From Corynebacterium amycolatum (GTDB lineage Bacteria > Actinomycetota > Actinomycetes > Mycobacteriales > Mycobacteriaceae), in NCBI RefSeq assembly GCF_049243625.1, contig NZ_CP046975.1: DNA of 32,000 bases. One strand, written 5' to 3'. Position numbers and translations under genes: made by a program. The notes below the pieces were generated by a model, which worked only from the letters and a program-made list of their open reading frames with translations, did not search any database and was not told where the DNA came from. How positions within the stretch are numbered: position 1 is the first letter of the stretch; each line of letters starts with the position of its first letter. Positions 7,235 to 17,087 of the stretch are shown here, in pieces.

Positions 7235-9286
7235 CTAACTAGCTGGGTTGGCCTTAGCCTTCGGCGTCATCGCGTCGTAAGGCTCCATCATGGGGATATC
7301 CAGCATGGTGCTGGGGACGCCAAAGGCGTCGACAAGTACCTCAGACCAGGGGCCAAGGGAATCAACCAGATCGGCCAAGCCCGCCCGCGCGCCTTTGGTG
7401 CGAGTACCGGTGAGCAGTGACTGCTCCAAGAACCAGCCGGCGTTATCGCAGACGACCGACAGGAAGAACACATCGCGAACCTGCTCGAGCACTTCTTGAG
7501 AGCGCTCGTCTGTGAGTGTGGATTCGGCTTCGAAGAATGCTTCCAAGAGCATGCGATCTATATGCGCCCACGCGCAGGAAATCATGTGGTCCTGGACCTT
7601 GTCCACCAGCTTCGCGGCCTTTTCAACAGGCAGTTTCCGCGCCGGGCGCAGCCTGCGAGCAAGGGACTTGAGAAGTCGATTCTCGCGCTCGATGAGCAGT
7701 TGCATCTGGCTGGCGGGGTCAAAGAGCGAGGACTCATCAGCGTCAGTCAGCGCATCCAAGAGGTTCTGAACGACGGCGTCCGCACCGGTGCGACGGCGCA
7801 AAATGCCACTGAAATTGTCGAGGCCGAAGCGCACCATTTCCAGGTTGGAAAAACTCTGTACCTCCCGGGCAAAACCACCCAAGAGTTCCTTGGTGACCAG
7901 CTGCAACATCACCACGTTGTCGCCCTCAAAGGTAGTGAATACGTCGGAGTCCTCTTTGAGAATGGTCAACAGGTTCTCTGCCATGTAGCCAGCTCCACCG
8001 GTGGCCTCACGCATCTCCTGGATGGCATCGGTGGCATGCGCGGTGTTCGCGACCTTCAATGCAGCGGCATGCGCCTCCGCTTCACGCAGATCGCGAGCCT
8101 GCTCCGGGGTTAGATTCGCACGGTCCAGCCCTTCCGCTTCGAGATCGTGAATCCGCTTGATCAGCAGATTAGTGGCAAATTGCAGACCGTACGAACGCGC
8201 AATGCGGGGGAGTAGTCGGATTCGGTGCTGGCGGTGCTCAATGAGTTTCTTTTCCGGCAGCGAATCGTCGGGAGCAAATTGGCGCCGCAAGTGTGCGTAC
8301 TTGGTGCCGATGGTCAGTGCGGTGCGGGTTGTCGCACCAGCGGCCGCACCGACTGTCACGCGGCCGCGCACGAGGGCACCGAGCATCGTGAAAAACCGTG
8401 CATTGGGGCTGTCAATATCGCTGCTGTACTCGCCAGCAGCTGACACATCTGCAAAACGGTTGAGCAGGTTCTCCCGCGGCACGCGGTAATGGTCGAACAT
8501 GAGAGTGCCGTTGTCCACGCCCAAAAGGCCACCCTTGGTGCCGTGGTCGCCAATCGCAACTCCGTCGACAGGCGAACCGTCGTCATTGCGGATCCGGGCA
8601 ACAATGCAGTGCACGCCATGGGACTCTTCCTGCCCTGGTGTGTAGAGCTGGCAAAAGACCGCAGCCCAGCGCCCATCGCGCGCGGCGTTGCCCAAAAACC
8701 ATTTCTCAGAGGAAGCTGTCGGCGAATTGAGGATGAATTCTTCCGTCTCAGGGTCGTAGTGCGCCGTGGTTTCGAGTGATTGCACGTCCGAGCCGTGGCC
8801 GCGCTCGGTCATCGCAAAGCAGCCGAGAACCCGCAGCTCAATGAGGTCACGCACCAACTCGCCATGGCGCTCAGTCCCCAGGTTGCTGACAGCGCCGCCG
8901 AAAAGGCCCCACTGCACTCCGGACTTCACCATCAACGACAAGTCGGTGTGGCCGAGCATTTCAATCCCGGAGAGGGTCCCACCGGTATCTCCTGTGCCGC
9001 CCTGGTCAGTGCGGAAAGCGCCATAGGGCATGCCGGTCTTAAGCACCTTGGACAACGCCTCGGTGGTGTGCTGCCTGGCCTCATCCACGGTCAGCCCAGA
9101 GGTGGGCCGCAGGGAGGGGTCTTCTAAAAGGGCGCGGACATCAGCGCGCGCCTCGGGGAAATAGCCGTCCAGAACCTTTTGCAGTGCGCCTGCCACTTCT
9201 GGTTCAGGTTGGGAGGGGAGTGTCTTCGGAGCGTCGGTCGAGCGCCGGCGGGGGATTCGCGTGGAGCTGGAAGAAGTCTGTGCCAT
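7235..9286 (-). CDS. Acyl-CoA oxidase family flavoenzyme (ACOX-type acyl-CoA dehydrogenase/oxidase)
   Basis: 683 aa, about twice FadE size. The segment GCFAMTERGHGSDVQSLETTAHYDPETEEFILNSPTASSEKWFLGNAA...AAVFCQLYT matches the ACOX middle-domain pattern (GCFAMTELGHGSN...TATYD...EF-x-x-x-P...K-W-IGN) as I recall it. A long helical C-terminal half is typical of ACOX. Confidence 0.75.
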   Translation of the reverse strand: MAQTSSSSTRIPRRRSTDAPKTLPSQPEPEVAGALQKVLDGYFPEARADVRALLEDPSLRPTSGLTVDEARQHTTEALSKVLKTGMPYGAFRTDQGGTGDTGGTLSGIEMLGHTDLSLMVKSGVQWGLFGGAVSNLGTERHGELVRDLIELRVLGCFAMTERGHGSDVQSLETTAHYDPETEEFILNSPTASSEKWFLGNAARDGRWAAVFCQLYTPGQEESHGVHCIVARIRNDDGSPVDGVAIGDHGTKGGLLGVDNGTLMFDHYRVPRENLLNRFADVSAAGEYSSDIDSPNARFFTMLGALVRGRVTVGAAAGATTRTALTIGTKYAHLRRQFAPDDSLPEKKLIEHRQHRIRLLPRIARSYGLQFATNLLIKRIHDLEAEGLDRANLTPEQARDLREAEAHAAALKVANTAHATDAIQEMREATGGAGYMAENLLTILKEDSDVFTTFEGDNVVMLQLVTKELLGGFAREVQSFSNLEMVRFGLDNFSGILRRRTGADAVVQNLLDALTDADESSLFDPASQMQLLIERENRLLKSLARRLRPARKLPVEKAAKLVDKVQDHMISCAWAHIDRMLLEAFFEAESTLTDERSQEVLEQVRDVFFLSVVCDNAGWFLEQSLLTGTRTKGARAGLADLVDSLGPWSEVLVDAFGVPSTMLDIPMMEPYDAMTPKAKANPAS

Positions 9287-9318
9287 AACCCAACGTTAAT
9301 GGGATATCTGGGGCTTGT

Positions 9319-9334
9319 CAGTCGCTTTCGACTG
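9319..9334. promoter_or_regulatory. Perfect palindrome CAGTCG-CTTT-CGACTG upstream of the acyl-CoA oxidase start
   Basis: Read directly. It lies 33-48 nt upstream of the minus-strand ATG at 9286, so it is either an operator or a 5' UTR hairpin (on the coding strand CAGTCG-AAAG-CGACTG). Confidence 0.35.
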
Positions 9335-9410
9335 AGAAACTCATGAGGAAATCGGGACCGAGAAAAGAGAAAACAGGTTACCGGGAGAAAAAGAAGGTGG
9401 AAACGCAAGA

Positions 9411-9455
9411 GCCGTCGTCAAGCAAATGCTGTGTTGTGCAATGCTTGACGACGGC
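9411..9455 (-). terminator. Hairpin terminator downstream of the MHS transporter gene
   Basis: GCCGTCGTCAAGCA (9411-9424) pairs perfectly with TGCTTGACGACGGC (9442-9455) around a 17-nt loop. On the minus strand it is followed by TCTTGCGTTTCC (modest U tract). Confidence 0.55.
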
Positions 9456-9500
9456 TTACGTAATCAACCCTCGGTGGGGCAGATCCCTTAGCTGTGGGAA

Positions 9501-10844
9501 CTAGACGCGCGACTTAACTTCGTCGAGGTTAGTTTCCGGGTGCTCGATCAGGTCTCGGTCTTCGAGACCCTTCGGAAGCAGGAACAGGGCAATCAGTGCC
9601 GGGATAGCCATGGCCATCAGGTAGACGGAGATGTAGAACGGGTTGCCGGTGGCATCCATGATCATCTGGGCAATCATCGGAGCGAATGCGCCACCCAGGA
9701 CCGCGCCGATGGCGTAAGCGATGGAAGCGCCGGAGTAGCGGACCTCAGCCGGGAACATCTCGGAGTACATGGCCGGCTGCGGACCGAAGGTCAGGGCCAG
9801 CGGCAGGGTGAGAACTGCGACGGTCATGATGTACAGGAACGGACCCTTATCCAGGAGGTTCCACATGACGGCCTCCCAAATCATAATCACGACGTAGCCG
9901 ATGATGAAGGTCTTAGCGCGGCCGATGCGGTCGGACCAAGCGCCAGCAATGAACATGAAGATGGTCCAGCAGATACCGGCGACGAGAGTACCGGTCCATG
10001 CAACGGTTGCCGGGTAGCCCAGTGTCTTCTGTGCGTAAGCGCCGAAGAATGCAATCACGAGGTAACCGGTAGCCTGCTGGGCAGCGAAGATCAGGGCACC
10101 CTGGATGACCTTGCCCCAGTGGTTGCGGAAGAGCTCTGGCAGCGGAGCCGAGCGCTCGGCGGACTCAGCCTGCATAGCCTGGAAGACCGGGGACTCGTCG
10201 ACGCTGCGGCGAATCATGTAACCAATCAGAACCAGGATGAAGGACAGCAGGAACGGCACACGCCAGCCCCACTCCATGTAGGCTTCCTCGCCGACGATTG
10301 CCATAACAATCAGCATGGTGCCGGTAGCCAGGGTCAGACCCAGCGGAACACCGGCCTGCGGGAATGCGCCGTAGAGACCGCGCTTTTCCTTCGGAGCGTA
10401 CTCCACGGACATCAGGGCTGCGCCGCCCCATTCACCGCCGGCGGAAATACCCTGGAAGACTCGGAGCAGAACCAGCAGGATAGGTGCTGCGATGCCGATT
10501 GACTCATAGGTCGGCAGCAGGCCGATGCAGAAAGTAGCTGCACCCATACCGATGAGGGTGAAGACCAGAATCATCTTGCGGCCGTAACGGTCACCGATAT
10601 GGCCGGCGACGATAGCGCCAAGCGGGCGGAAGAGGAAGGAAATACCCAGGGTTGCCCAAGCGAGGACCTGGGCCACCTGTGGATTCGACTGTGCAGCAGG
10701 CTCGATGAAGTGCGGAGCAAGCACGATAGCTGCGGCCTGAGCGTAAATCAGGAAGTCATAAAACTCGATGGTCGTACCCACGAGAGTTCCCGTGAGCACC
10801 TGACGGCGCTGCTTGGGATCATTCGCGATGATCGAAGTAGTCAT
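9501..10844 (-). CDS. MFS transporter, metabolite:H+ symporter (MHS) type (ProP/KgtP/CitA-like)
   Basis: About 12 hydrophobic helices. MFS motif A in GHIGDRYGRKMIL, with a second-half echo WSDRIGRAKTF. The ORF track begins at TTG 10853; ATG 10844 (MTTSIIANDPKQRR) is preferred. Substrate is not inferable from sequence alone. Confidence 0.8.
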   Translation of the reverse strand: MTTSIIANDPKQRRQVLTGTLVGTTIEFYDFLIYAQAAAIVLAPHFIEPAAQSNPQVAQVLAWATLGISFLFRPLGAIVAGHIGDRYGRKMILVFTLIGMGAATFCIGLLPTYESIGIAAPILLVLLRVFQGISAGGEWGGAALMSVEYAPKEKRGLYGAFPQAGVPLGLTLATGTMLIVMAIVGEEAYMEWGWRVPFLLSFILVLIGYMIRRSVDESPVFQAMQAESAERSAPLPELFRNHWGKVIQGALIFAAQQATGYLVIAFFGAYAQKTLGYPATVAWTGTLVAGICWTIFMFIAGAWSDRIGRAKTFIIGYVVIMIWEAVMWNLLDKGPFLYIMTVAVLTLPLALTFGPQPAMYSEMFPAEVRYSGASIAYAIGAVLGGAFAPMIAQMIMDATGNPFYISVYLMAMAIPALIALFLLPKGLEDRDLIEHPETNLDEVKSRV

Positions 10845-11377
10845 AAAAAACAAGACTTTCTTTACATACCCGTCCGCACGGCCATCGAGGACCTTGGTGA
10901 TCTCAGCGGTCGCGCAGAAATCGCCCCAGGTTTTTCTCAGCCAGCGCTTGGGGAAAGGACAGAATGTTTGACGGTGTCGAATTCTTACACAGCCAGACCG
11001 GTAGCGACCAGCGTTTGAACTTCAGCGAGCGGTGACAAAAAGTGAACAACGGGGGTAATGGGGGTCGGTGAATGGCGGTAGATTTCCTTTGTTTGTGACC
11101 GATTTATTTATACGCATGCCTGAAATAGGCGGATTCGGGGGTGTGCAAAAGGGGGTGTGTTGGGCACTACTTAACGACGAGCTGTTTCTGGCTCAATTTG
11201 CGCGACCTAGTGGGCGTCTAGGCGTGAGATTGTCTTAAATAGGGGAAATCTGCGTTTTATAGCTGTTCGACTACCCCCACATTGAACTAATTTGTAATTA
11301 TATATTCAGAAGTTGTGTGAATGGTGTGGCAAAAGTGGCTCAAGGTACGGAAAAAATAACAGAACAATAACGATGTA

Positions 11378-11595
11378 GTGTCGAAAAGGACACTGCCCCC
11401 GGATGGGGCAGGGAAGCAAGGTCGGCAACATGCCACCCCGAGACGGGGGTGTGAGCCCCAGGTTTCAGGGGCATTTTGGGGCGGTGGTAGTGCCAGGCCT
11501 GAAGCTCCCTCGGCACACCTCTTGTGGTTAGTTCCGGTGGCTTAAATTTCCACCATTGTGCGTAAGGCGCTGGGGACCGTCGTAAAGTAAACGAC
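11378..11595 (+). promoter_or_regulatory. Hairpin-rich leader immediately upstream of the MFS gene, including a terminator-like element
   Basis: Consecutive small GC hairpins read directly: GTGTC/GACAC (11378-11393), TGCCCC/GGGGCA (11394-11410), CACCCC/GGGGTG (11434-11451), GCCCC/GGGGC followed by ATTTTGGGG (11455-11477), GTGCC/GGCAC (11490-11516), GGTGG/CCACC (11536-11554), and GTCGT/ACGAC (11579-11595) abutting ATG 11596. No Shine-Dalgarno sequence is visible. Confidence 0.35.
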
Positions 11596-12885
11596 ATGTC
11601 TTCTCACGCAGGAACTAACGGCAATGAAAATGAGGTACCTCACGGCAGGGCCAAATCCAATAAGGGCACGCCGTTGTGGTTGCTCGCCGCAATTGCAGTT
11701 TTCGCCGTCGCGTGGGGTGGCAACGAATTCACGCCGCTGATGGTGATGTACCGCGAAAATGCCGACCTGGCGCCGGTGTTCATTGACCTTCTATTGCTGG
11801 TCTACGCCCTCGGCATCGCGCCGGCACTGCTGATTTCTGGCCCAATCTCGGACCGTATCGGCCGTAAGCCGGTGATGCTCGCCGCGCCGGTTCTCTCGAT
11901 TCTGGGGTCGACTCTTATTGCGTTGGGCGAGACTACCGCCCCGCTTATCCTCACTGGTCGCTTTATCTCTGGCTTGGCAGTCGGCATTGTCATGGCCGTG
12001 GGCGGCTCGTGGGTAAAGGAGCTCTCCGATCCGCGCTTTGACCCCAAGGCCAAGTCAACCTCGGGCGCGAAGCGTCAGTCCATGGCTCTGACCTTGGGCT
12101 TTGGTCTGGGTGCGGGAATTGCCGGCACGCTAGCGCAGTTCGCACCGCTGCCGGGGCAGCTGGCTTATATCATCCACATCCTGATTTCTATCCCGACAAT
12201 CTTCGGTCTATTGACTGTGCCGGAGACCCGCCAGTCGCCGCACCTGGGCGGCAGCAACGCTCCACGCGAGACGGTCTTGGAGTCCCTGCGTACCCCTTCG
12301 GTAACTAACCGTCGCTTCCTGCTCGTCGCCGCGATGGGAGCTCCGTGGGTCTTCGGTGCAGCCGGTGTTGCCTACGCAATCATTCCGTCGTTGCTGCAGG
12401 ACCACGTCTCCCAGCCAGTGTTCTACTCCGCGATGGTCACACTGTTCGCGTTACTCTGCGGTTTTGGTATTCAGCAGATTGGTCCACGCTTTGTGACCGA
12501 GCACAACGCCCGCGGTTCGCTAATCGCAATTGGCATCGTGGTTATCGGCATGGGAATGGCCGCATGGATGTCCACCAACCCCACCGCAGTGACGGCGTTC
12601 ATTGCAGCGCTGGTGTTGGGCGCCGGCTACGGTCTGTCCATGTTTACCGGCCTCAACGAGGTACAGCGCATCGCTGGTCCACGCGATATGGCTGGTCTGA
12701 CCGGTATCTTCTACTGCCTGACCTACATTGGCTTCGCATTCCCGGCAATTCTGACCAAGCTCTCCGAGTCCATCTCCTGGATGACCTACCCGGTCATGCT
12801 CGGTGGCGGTATGGTCATCGCCATCCTGATGGGCTTGGTTATTTTCTTCAATTCCACTGTCAACCTGCCACAGCGCGCTGAGTAA
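11596..12885 (+). CDS. MFS transporter (efflux-type, 12 TM)
   Basis: 429 aa, hydrophobic throughout. MFS motif A in GPISDRIGRKPVML. Short polar N-terminus MSSHAGTNGNENEVPHGRAKSNKG. Confidence 0.8.
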   Translation: MSSHAGTNGNENEVPHGRAKSNKGTPLWLLAAIAVFAVAWGGNEFTPLMVMYRENADLAPVFIDLLLLVYALGIAPALLISGPISDRIGRKPVMLAAPVLSILGSTLIALGETTAPLILTGRFISGLAVGIVMAVGGSWVKELSDPRFDPKAKSTSGAKRQSMALTLGFGLGAGIAGTLAQFAPLPGQLAYIIHILISIPTIFGLLTVPETRQSPHLGGSNAPRETVLESLRTPSVTNRRFLLVAAMGAPWVFGAAGVAYAIIPSLLQDHVSQPVFYSAMVTLFALLCGFGIQQIGPRFVTEHNARGSLIAIGIVVIGMGMAAWMSTNPTAVTAFIAALVLGAGYGLSMFTGLNEVQRIAGPRDMAGLTGIFYCLTYIGFAFPAILTKLSESISWMTYPVMLGGGMVIAILMGLVIFFNSTVNLPQRAE

Positions 12886-12960
12886 TCTCGCATTCCTCGG
12901 GAGACTAATCAACCCCGTCAATGTGAGGTTGGCACACGTATAAGCGGTTTTCCTTACTAA

Positions 12961-13980
<1,020 letters not shown>

Positions 13981-13984
13981 CGCA

Positions 13985-14022
13985 ACTTGCGCGGGTGGCT
14001 TCGTGCACTCGCCCGCGTAAGT
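13985..14022. terminator. Hairpin between convergent epimerase and DsbA-like genes (possible bidirectional terminator)
   Basis: ACTTGCGCGGG (13985-13995) pairs with CCCGCGTAAGT (14012-14022) with one mismatch. There is no strong T tract on either side. Confidence 0.4.
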
Positions 14023-14041
14023 TAGCAGCGAGTCAGCCAGG

Positions 14042-15037
14042 TTACTTGCCAGCTTCCTCCGTGCGCTTGGCGTGGATGAGAGCCAGCTCGATATTGTCCT
14101 CAAACACATCGACAGGCTGTGCGCCCGAGACGAACTGAGTACCAACGAGGAAGCCTGGAGTACCGGAAATGCCCAGCATGGAACCGAACTGGGTGGCATT
14201 CTCGACCGCCTCGGTCCACTTGCCGTCCTTAAGCTCCTTTTCAAAGCGCTTCATGTCCGGCACACCGGCCTCACGAGCGACGGCAATCAGTTCCTTTTCA
14301 GTGAACTCCGGGTGGCCCTGGCCCTTCTCGCCGGCCTTCTTAAACAGCGCACGGGAGAATTCCCAGAACTTGCCCTGAGCTGCCGCGGCACGGCCGGCCT
14401 CAGCGTCCTTGATGGCCTTCTCGCCATTGATGGCCATGTCGTTCCACTCCAGGCGGACCAGTCCCTCATTGACGTACTTTTCCACGAGGGCAGGCTCGGT
14501 TTCGTTTGTGAACTTCGCGCAGAACGGGCATTCGAAGTCCGAGTAGATCGAGATTACGACCGGCGCATCCACTGCACCGAGAGCAAAAGGATCATTTTCA
14601 TTGCGGCGGTGGACATTGTCCATATCCTCCGGGGACTTTAGCTGCGCTCCCGCCTTTGGGCCGTAGATGCTGGCGTCGAAAGAGCCATTCGGGCCAGGTA
14701 CAGGCGCAATTTCCCCCTTGCCTGGTGCAACGCCCGCCATGTTGACGGTGCTCACGCCGTTGAAGCTAGCCGAACGCGAGCCAGCGAAGAAGCCCGCTGC
14801 GCCGACAACGATCAATGCTACGACAGCTAGCGCCCATGCGGCGTTCGGAATCGAGTACCACGACTTGGTTTTTCCATCACTGTCGGCAGACCAGGACTCC
14901 AAGTCCTGCTCAGTGGGTACCGGCTGAGAAGCCTGCTGGGGTTCCTGCTGTGTCCCCTGCGGCGCTGCGTCTGCCGAGGGCTGCTGCGAATCGCTGCTGT
15001 TGTCAGCGGCGATGTTGTCCTTATTTTCTTCGCTCAT
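14042..15037 (-). CDS. Membrane-anchored DsbA-family thiol:disulfide oxidoreductase
   Basis: Gln/Asp/Ser-rich disordered N-terminus, one TM helix (AAWALAVVALIVVGAAGFFAG), and a thioredoxin-fold domain with active-site FECPFCAKF (CPFC). The C-terminal GISGTPGFLV cis-Pro loop is typical of DsbA-like proteins. Confidence 0.8.
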   Translation of the reverse strand: MSEENKDNIAADNSSDSQQPSADAAPQGTQQEPQQASQPVPTEQDLESWSADSDGKTKSWYSIPNAAWALAVVALIVVGAAGFFAGSRSASFNGVSTVNMAGVAPGKGEIAPVPGPNGSFDASIYGPKAGAQLKSPEDMDNVHRRNENDPFALGAVDAPVVISIYSDFECPFCAKFTNETEPALVEKYVNEGLVRLEWNDMAINGEKAIKDAEAGRAAAAQGKFWEFSRALFKKAGEKGQGHPEFTEKELIAVAREAGVPDMKRFEKELKDGKWTEAVENATQFGSMLGISGTPGFLVGTQFVSGAQPVDVFEDNIELALIHAKRTEEAGK

Positions 15038-15086
15038 GGCTTCTATGGAACCACAGCCTCAGATTCACATGCGCTTAGCGTGCCGA

Positions 15087-15509
15087 TTAGTCGGACGGAG
15101 CGTTGTTCTCGACGTTTGTCGCGCTGTCTTTTTGGCTGCTGTTCTGGCTGCCCGAAATCACAATTTCTTCTTCCGGACGCACAGCGGTCTTCAAGGCCAC
15201 TGCACGAGCCAGTCGTGCGTAGCGCAGCTCCTGTTCGCGGAAGCGGATGTAGGACGACACCGTGGTAAACACGAACGCCAACACCAGTACGTAGAGCAGC
15301 AAATCGGTGCCTCGGTTCACACCAATCCAGTTGGCCACCACGGTCAGATCGTCGGGACGCACGATTGCCCACAGGCACGCGATGACGAAAACGACGAATC
15401 CCAGTTTCACGCCCGCCTTGGCGCGCGCTTTACGACGGTTAGCGACGAAGTAAGCCACCAGGCCCACCATCGCCAGCAGCAAAATAATTTGAACGATGGA
15501 TGCGGTCAT
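15087..15509 (-). CDS. DUF2304 small membrane protein (Rv3632-like partner of a polyprenyl-phosphate glycosyltransferase)
   Basis: 140 aa with hydrophobic helices. The segment GVNRGTDLLLYVLVLAFVFTTVSSYIRFREQELRYARLARAVAL fits my recollection of DUF2304. Its ATG (15509) overlaps the upstream GT2 stop by 4 nt (ATGA type overlap at 15506-15509). Confidence 0.65.
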   Translation of the reverse strand: MTASIVQIILLLAMVGLVAYFVANRRKARAKAGVKLGFVVFVIACLWAIVRPDDLTVVANWIGVNRGTDLLLYVLVLAFVFTTVSSYIRFREQELRYARLARAVALKTAVRPEEEIVISGSQNSSQKDSATNVENNAPSD

Positions 15510-16210
15510 GGCAGCCTCTTCGAGATCAGGGAGTCGGCAAGGATATTGACACCGTTGAACAAGGATTGCCCTTTGGACATGGAGTATTCCGTGTAGAGGA
15601 TATCCACCGGCTGCTCAGCGGTACGCCAGCCTCTGCTGTCCATGACCTCGACAAATTCGGAGGCATGGCTCATGCCGTTCATGCGCAGGTTCAGTTGCTC
15701 TGCCACCGTGCGGTTGAAGGCGCGCAGGCCGTTGTGGGCGTCGGTAAGCCCGAGTCGGCGCGTGCGTGGTGACAACATGACTACCGTCTTGAGGACAATT
15801 CGCTTAATCAGCGGCACCTGGTCATCCTCGGCGCGAGGGCGGCCGAAACGGGTTCCCACAATGATGTCGATTGGTTCGGTGCGCAGTCGCTGCACCATAG
15901 CGACGACGTCCTTGACCTGGTGCTGGCCATCGGCGTCGAAGGTGACAAAGTACTTCGATCCAGCCTGCGCGCGAGCGTATTCCACGCCGGTCTGGATAGC
16001 GGCACCTTGACCCAAATTGACAGGGTGGTTGACCAGGTGAGCGCCGGCCCTGTGGATCTCCAGGCTGGAGTTATCCGAAGAGCCGTCGTTGACCGCGACA
16101 ATGTTGGGGAAGGTCTCGCGAGCGTGCTCGAGAACCTCACGAATAACCTGGCCCTCGTTGTAGCACGGCACAATCAGCCAGGTGTCCGAGAAATCCATGT
16201 TGTCAGTCAT
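15506..16210 (-). CDS. GT2 polyprenyl-phosphate sugar synthase-like glycosyltransferase (PpgS/Rv3631-, GtrB-, DPM1-like)
   Basis: 234 aa: WLIVPCYNEGQVIREVL...AVNDGSSDNS...VTFDADGQH (DxD). Short GT-A fold without a large membrane domain, followed by a translationally overlapped DUF2304 gene. Confidence 0.8.
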   Translation of the reverse strand: MTDNMDFSDTWLIVPCYNEGQVIREVLEHARETFPNIVAVNDGSSDNSSLEIHRAGAHLVNHPVNLGQGAAIQTGVEYARAQAGSKYFVTFDADGQHQVKDVVAMVQRLRTEPIDIIVGTRFGRPRAEDDQVPLIKRIVLKTVVMLSPRTRRLGLTDAHNGLRAFNRTVAEQLNLRMNGMSHASEFVEVMDSRGWRTAEQPVDILYTEYSMSKGQSLFNGVNILADSLISKRLP

Positions 16211-16221
16211 CGCTCCGAAGC

Positions 16222-17043
16222 CTACCGCACAAACAATCGTCGATATGCGCGTGACATGAGCTGAGTTGGCAAAAGTCGGAAAAGTGTCCGCACCGCCAAG
16301 TTAAACACCGCCCGCGGCCGGGAAATCAGTCCCTCAGCTACCAGCGTGCGCTGGAGCTGGCGTTCACCGCGGATGATGCCGCGCGAGGTCCGCCGCTCGA
16401 ACATGCCGTCGGCGCGGAAGTACACCAGCGGCTCGGGCAGATTCTCAAACTTCGCGCCGGCGGCCATGAGGCGCACCCAGAGGTCATAGTCTTCCATCAG
16501 ACGGATGTCGCGATACCCGCCGACCTCACGCACCTTCGCCGTGCGCAGCATCGAGGAGGGGTTATTTACAGGCGAATTGATCTTGATATAACGCGCAATT
16601 TCGGCGTGCGTCTGCGGCAGAGTCCGCACGCGCACCACATTGTTCGGCGTGCCCTCGAACTCCGCCATTGCACTGCCCAATACATCCAACTCCGGGTCAG
16701 CGGTCAGCGCGTCCCACTGCTTTTCAAATCGGTCCGCACGCGCAATATCGTCCGCATCCAGCCGCGCCACCCATGGTGTTTCCACCAGCTGAAGACCCGC
16801 CTGCGAAGCCACTCCCGAGCCACCATTTTCCGCACACCGCAGCACTGTCATCTCCGAATGCGCCTGTTCATGCTTGACGACGACCCGGTCGAGTTCCTGC
16901 CCAATCGGGCCATCGATGACCACAATGACGCGCGCGGCCGGACGCGTCTGGTTCCACAGCGACTGCAGCGCAGTATCGAGCTGGTCGGGGACGACGCGGT
17001 GGTAGACGGTCATGAGAACCGTGAGGTTAGTGATGGTGGACAT
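16222..17043 (-). CDS. GT2 family glycosyltransferase (second, distinct)
   Basis: Start moved to ATG 17043 (MSTITNLTVLMTVYHRV...), because the ORF-track 360-aa version overlaps the upstream gene with Cys/Arg-rich junk. GT-A motifs present: VIDGPIG, RLDADD (DxD), DYDLW. Confidence 0.8.
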   Translation of the reverse strand: MSTITNLTVLMTVYHRVVPDQLDTALQSLWNQTRPAARVIVVIDGPIGQELDRVVVKHEQAHSEMTVLRCAENGGSGVASQAGLQLVETPWVARLDADDIARADRFEKQWDALTADPELDVLGSAMAEFEGTPNNVVRVRTLPQTHAEIARYIKINSPVNNPSSMLRTAKVREVGGYRDIRLMEDYDLWVRLMAAGAKFENLPEPLVYFRADGMFERRTSRGIIRGERQLQRTLVAEGLISRPRAVFNLAVRTLFRLLPTQLMSRAYRRLFVR

Positions 17044-17087
17044 GTGAGTCTCGAACCTTGGGAGTTGCAGGGGGATATGGACGGTGC

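Noticed and set aside
7218-7251. Hairpin CCAACCC...GGGTTGG between the amidase and acyl-CoA oxidase genes as a bidirectional terminator
   Set aside because: The right arm overlaps the oxidase stop codon and last codons, the stem is interrupted and there is no T tract. Support is too weak for a feature call.
9540-10502. 320-aa ORF antisense to the MHS transporter gene (similar cases: 17193..17999, 18660..19658, 20290..21153, 22838..23566)
   Set aside because: All lie opposite well-supported genes. They have Arg/Gly/His/Asp-rich, motif-free translations and no start-site signals.
11394-11477. Guanidine-II (mini-ykkC) or guanidine-I riboswitch upstream of the MFS efflux-type gene
   Set aside because: The tandem GC hairpins invited the idea, but their loops are CGGAT, GAGACG and AGGTTTCA, not the ACGR tetraloops of mini-ykkC. 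No ykkC core sequence is visible on either strand.
11340-11597. 85-aa minus-strand ORF in the transporter spacer
   Set aside because: Pro/His/Trp-rich translation with no start signal. It is simply the complement of the hairpin-rich leader.
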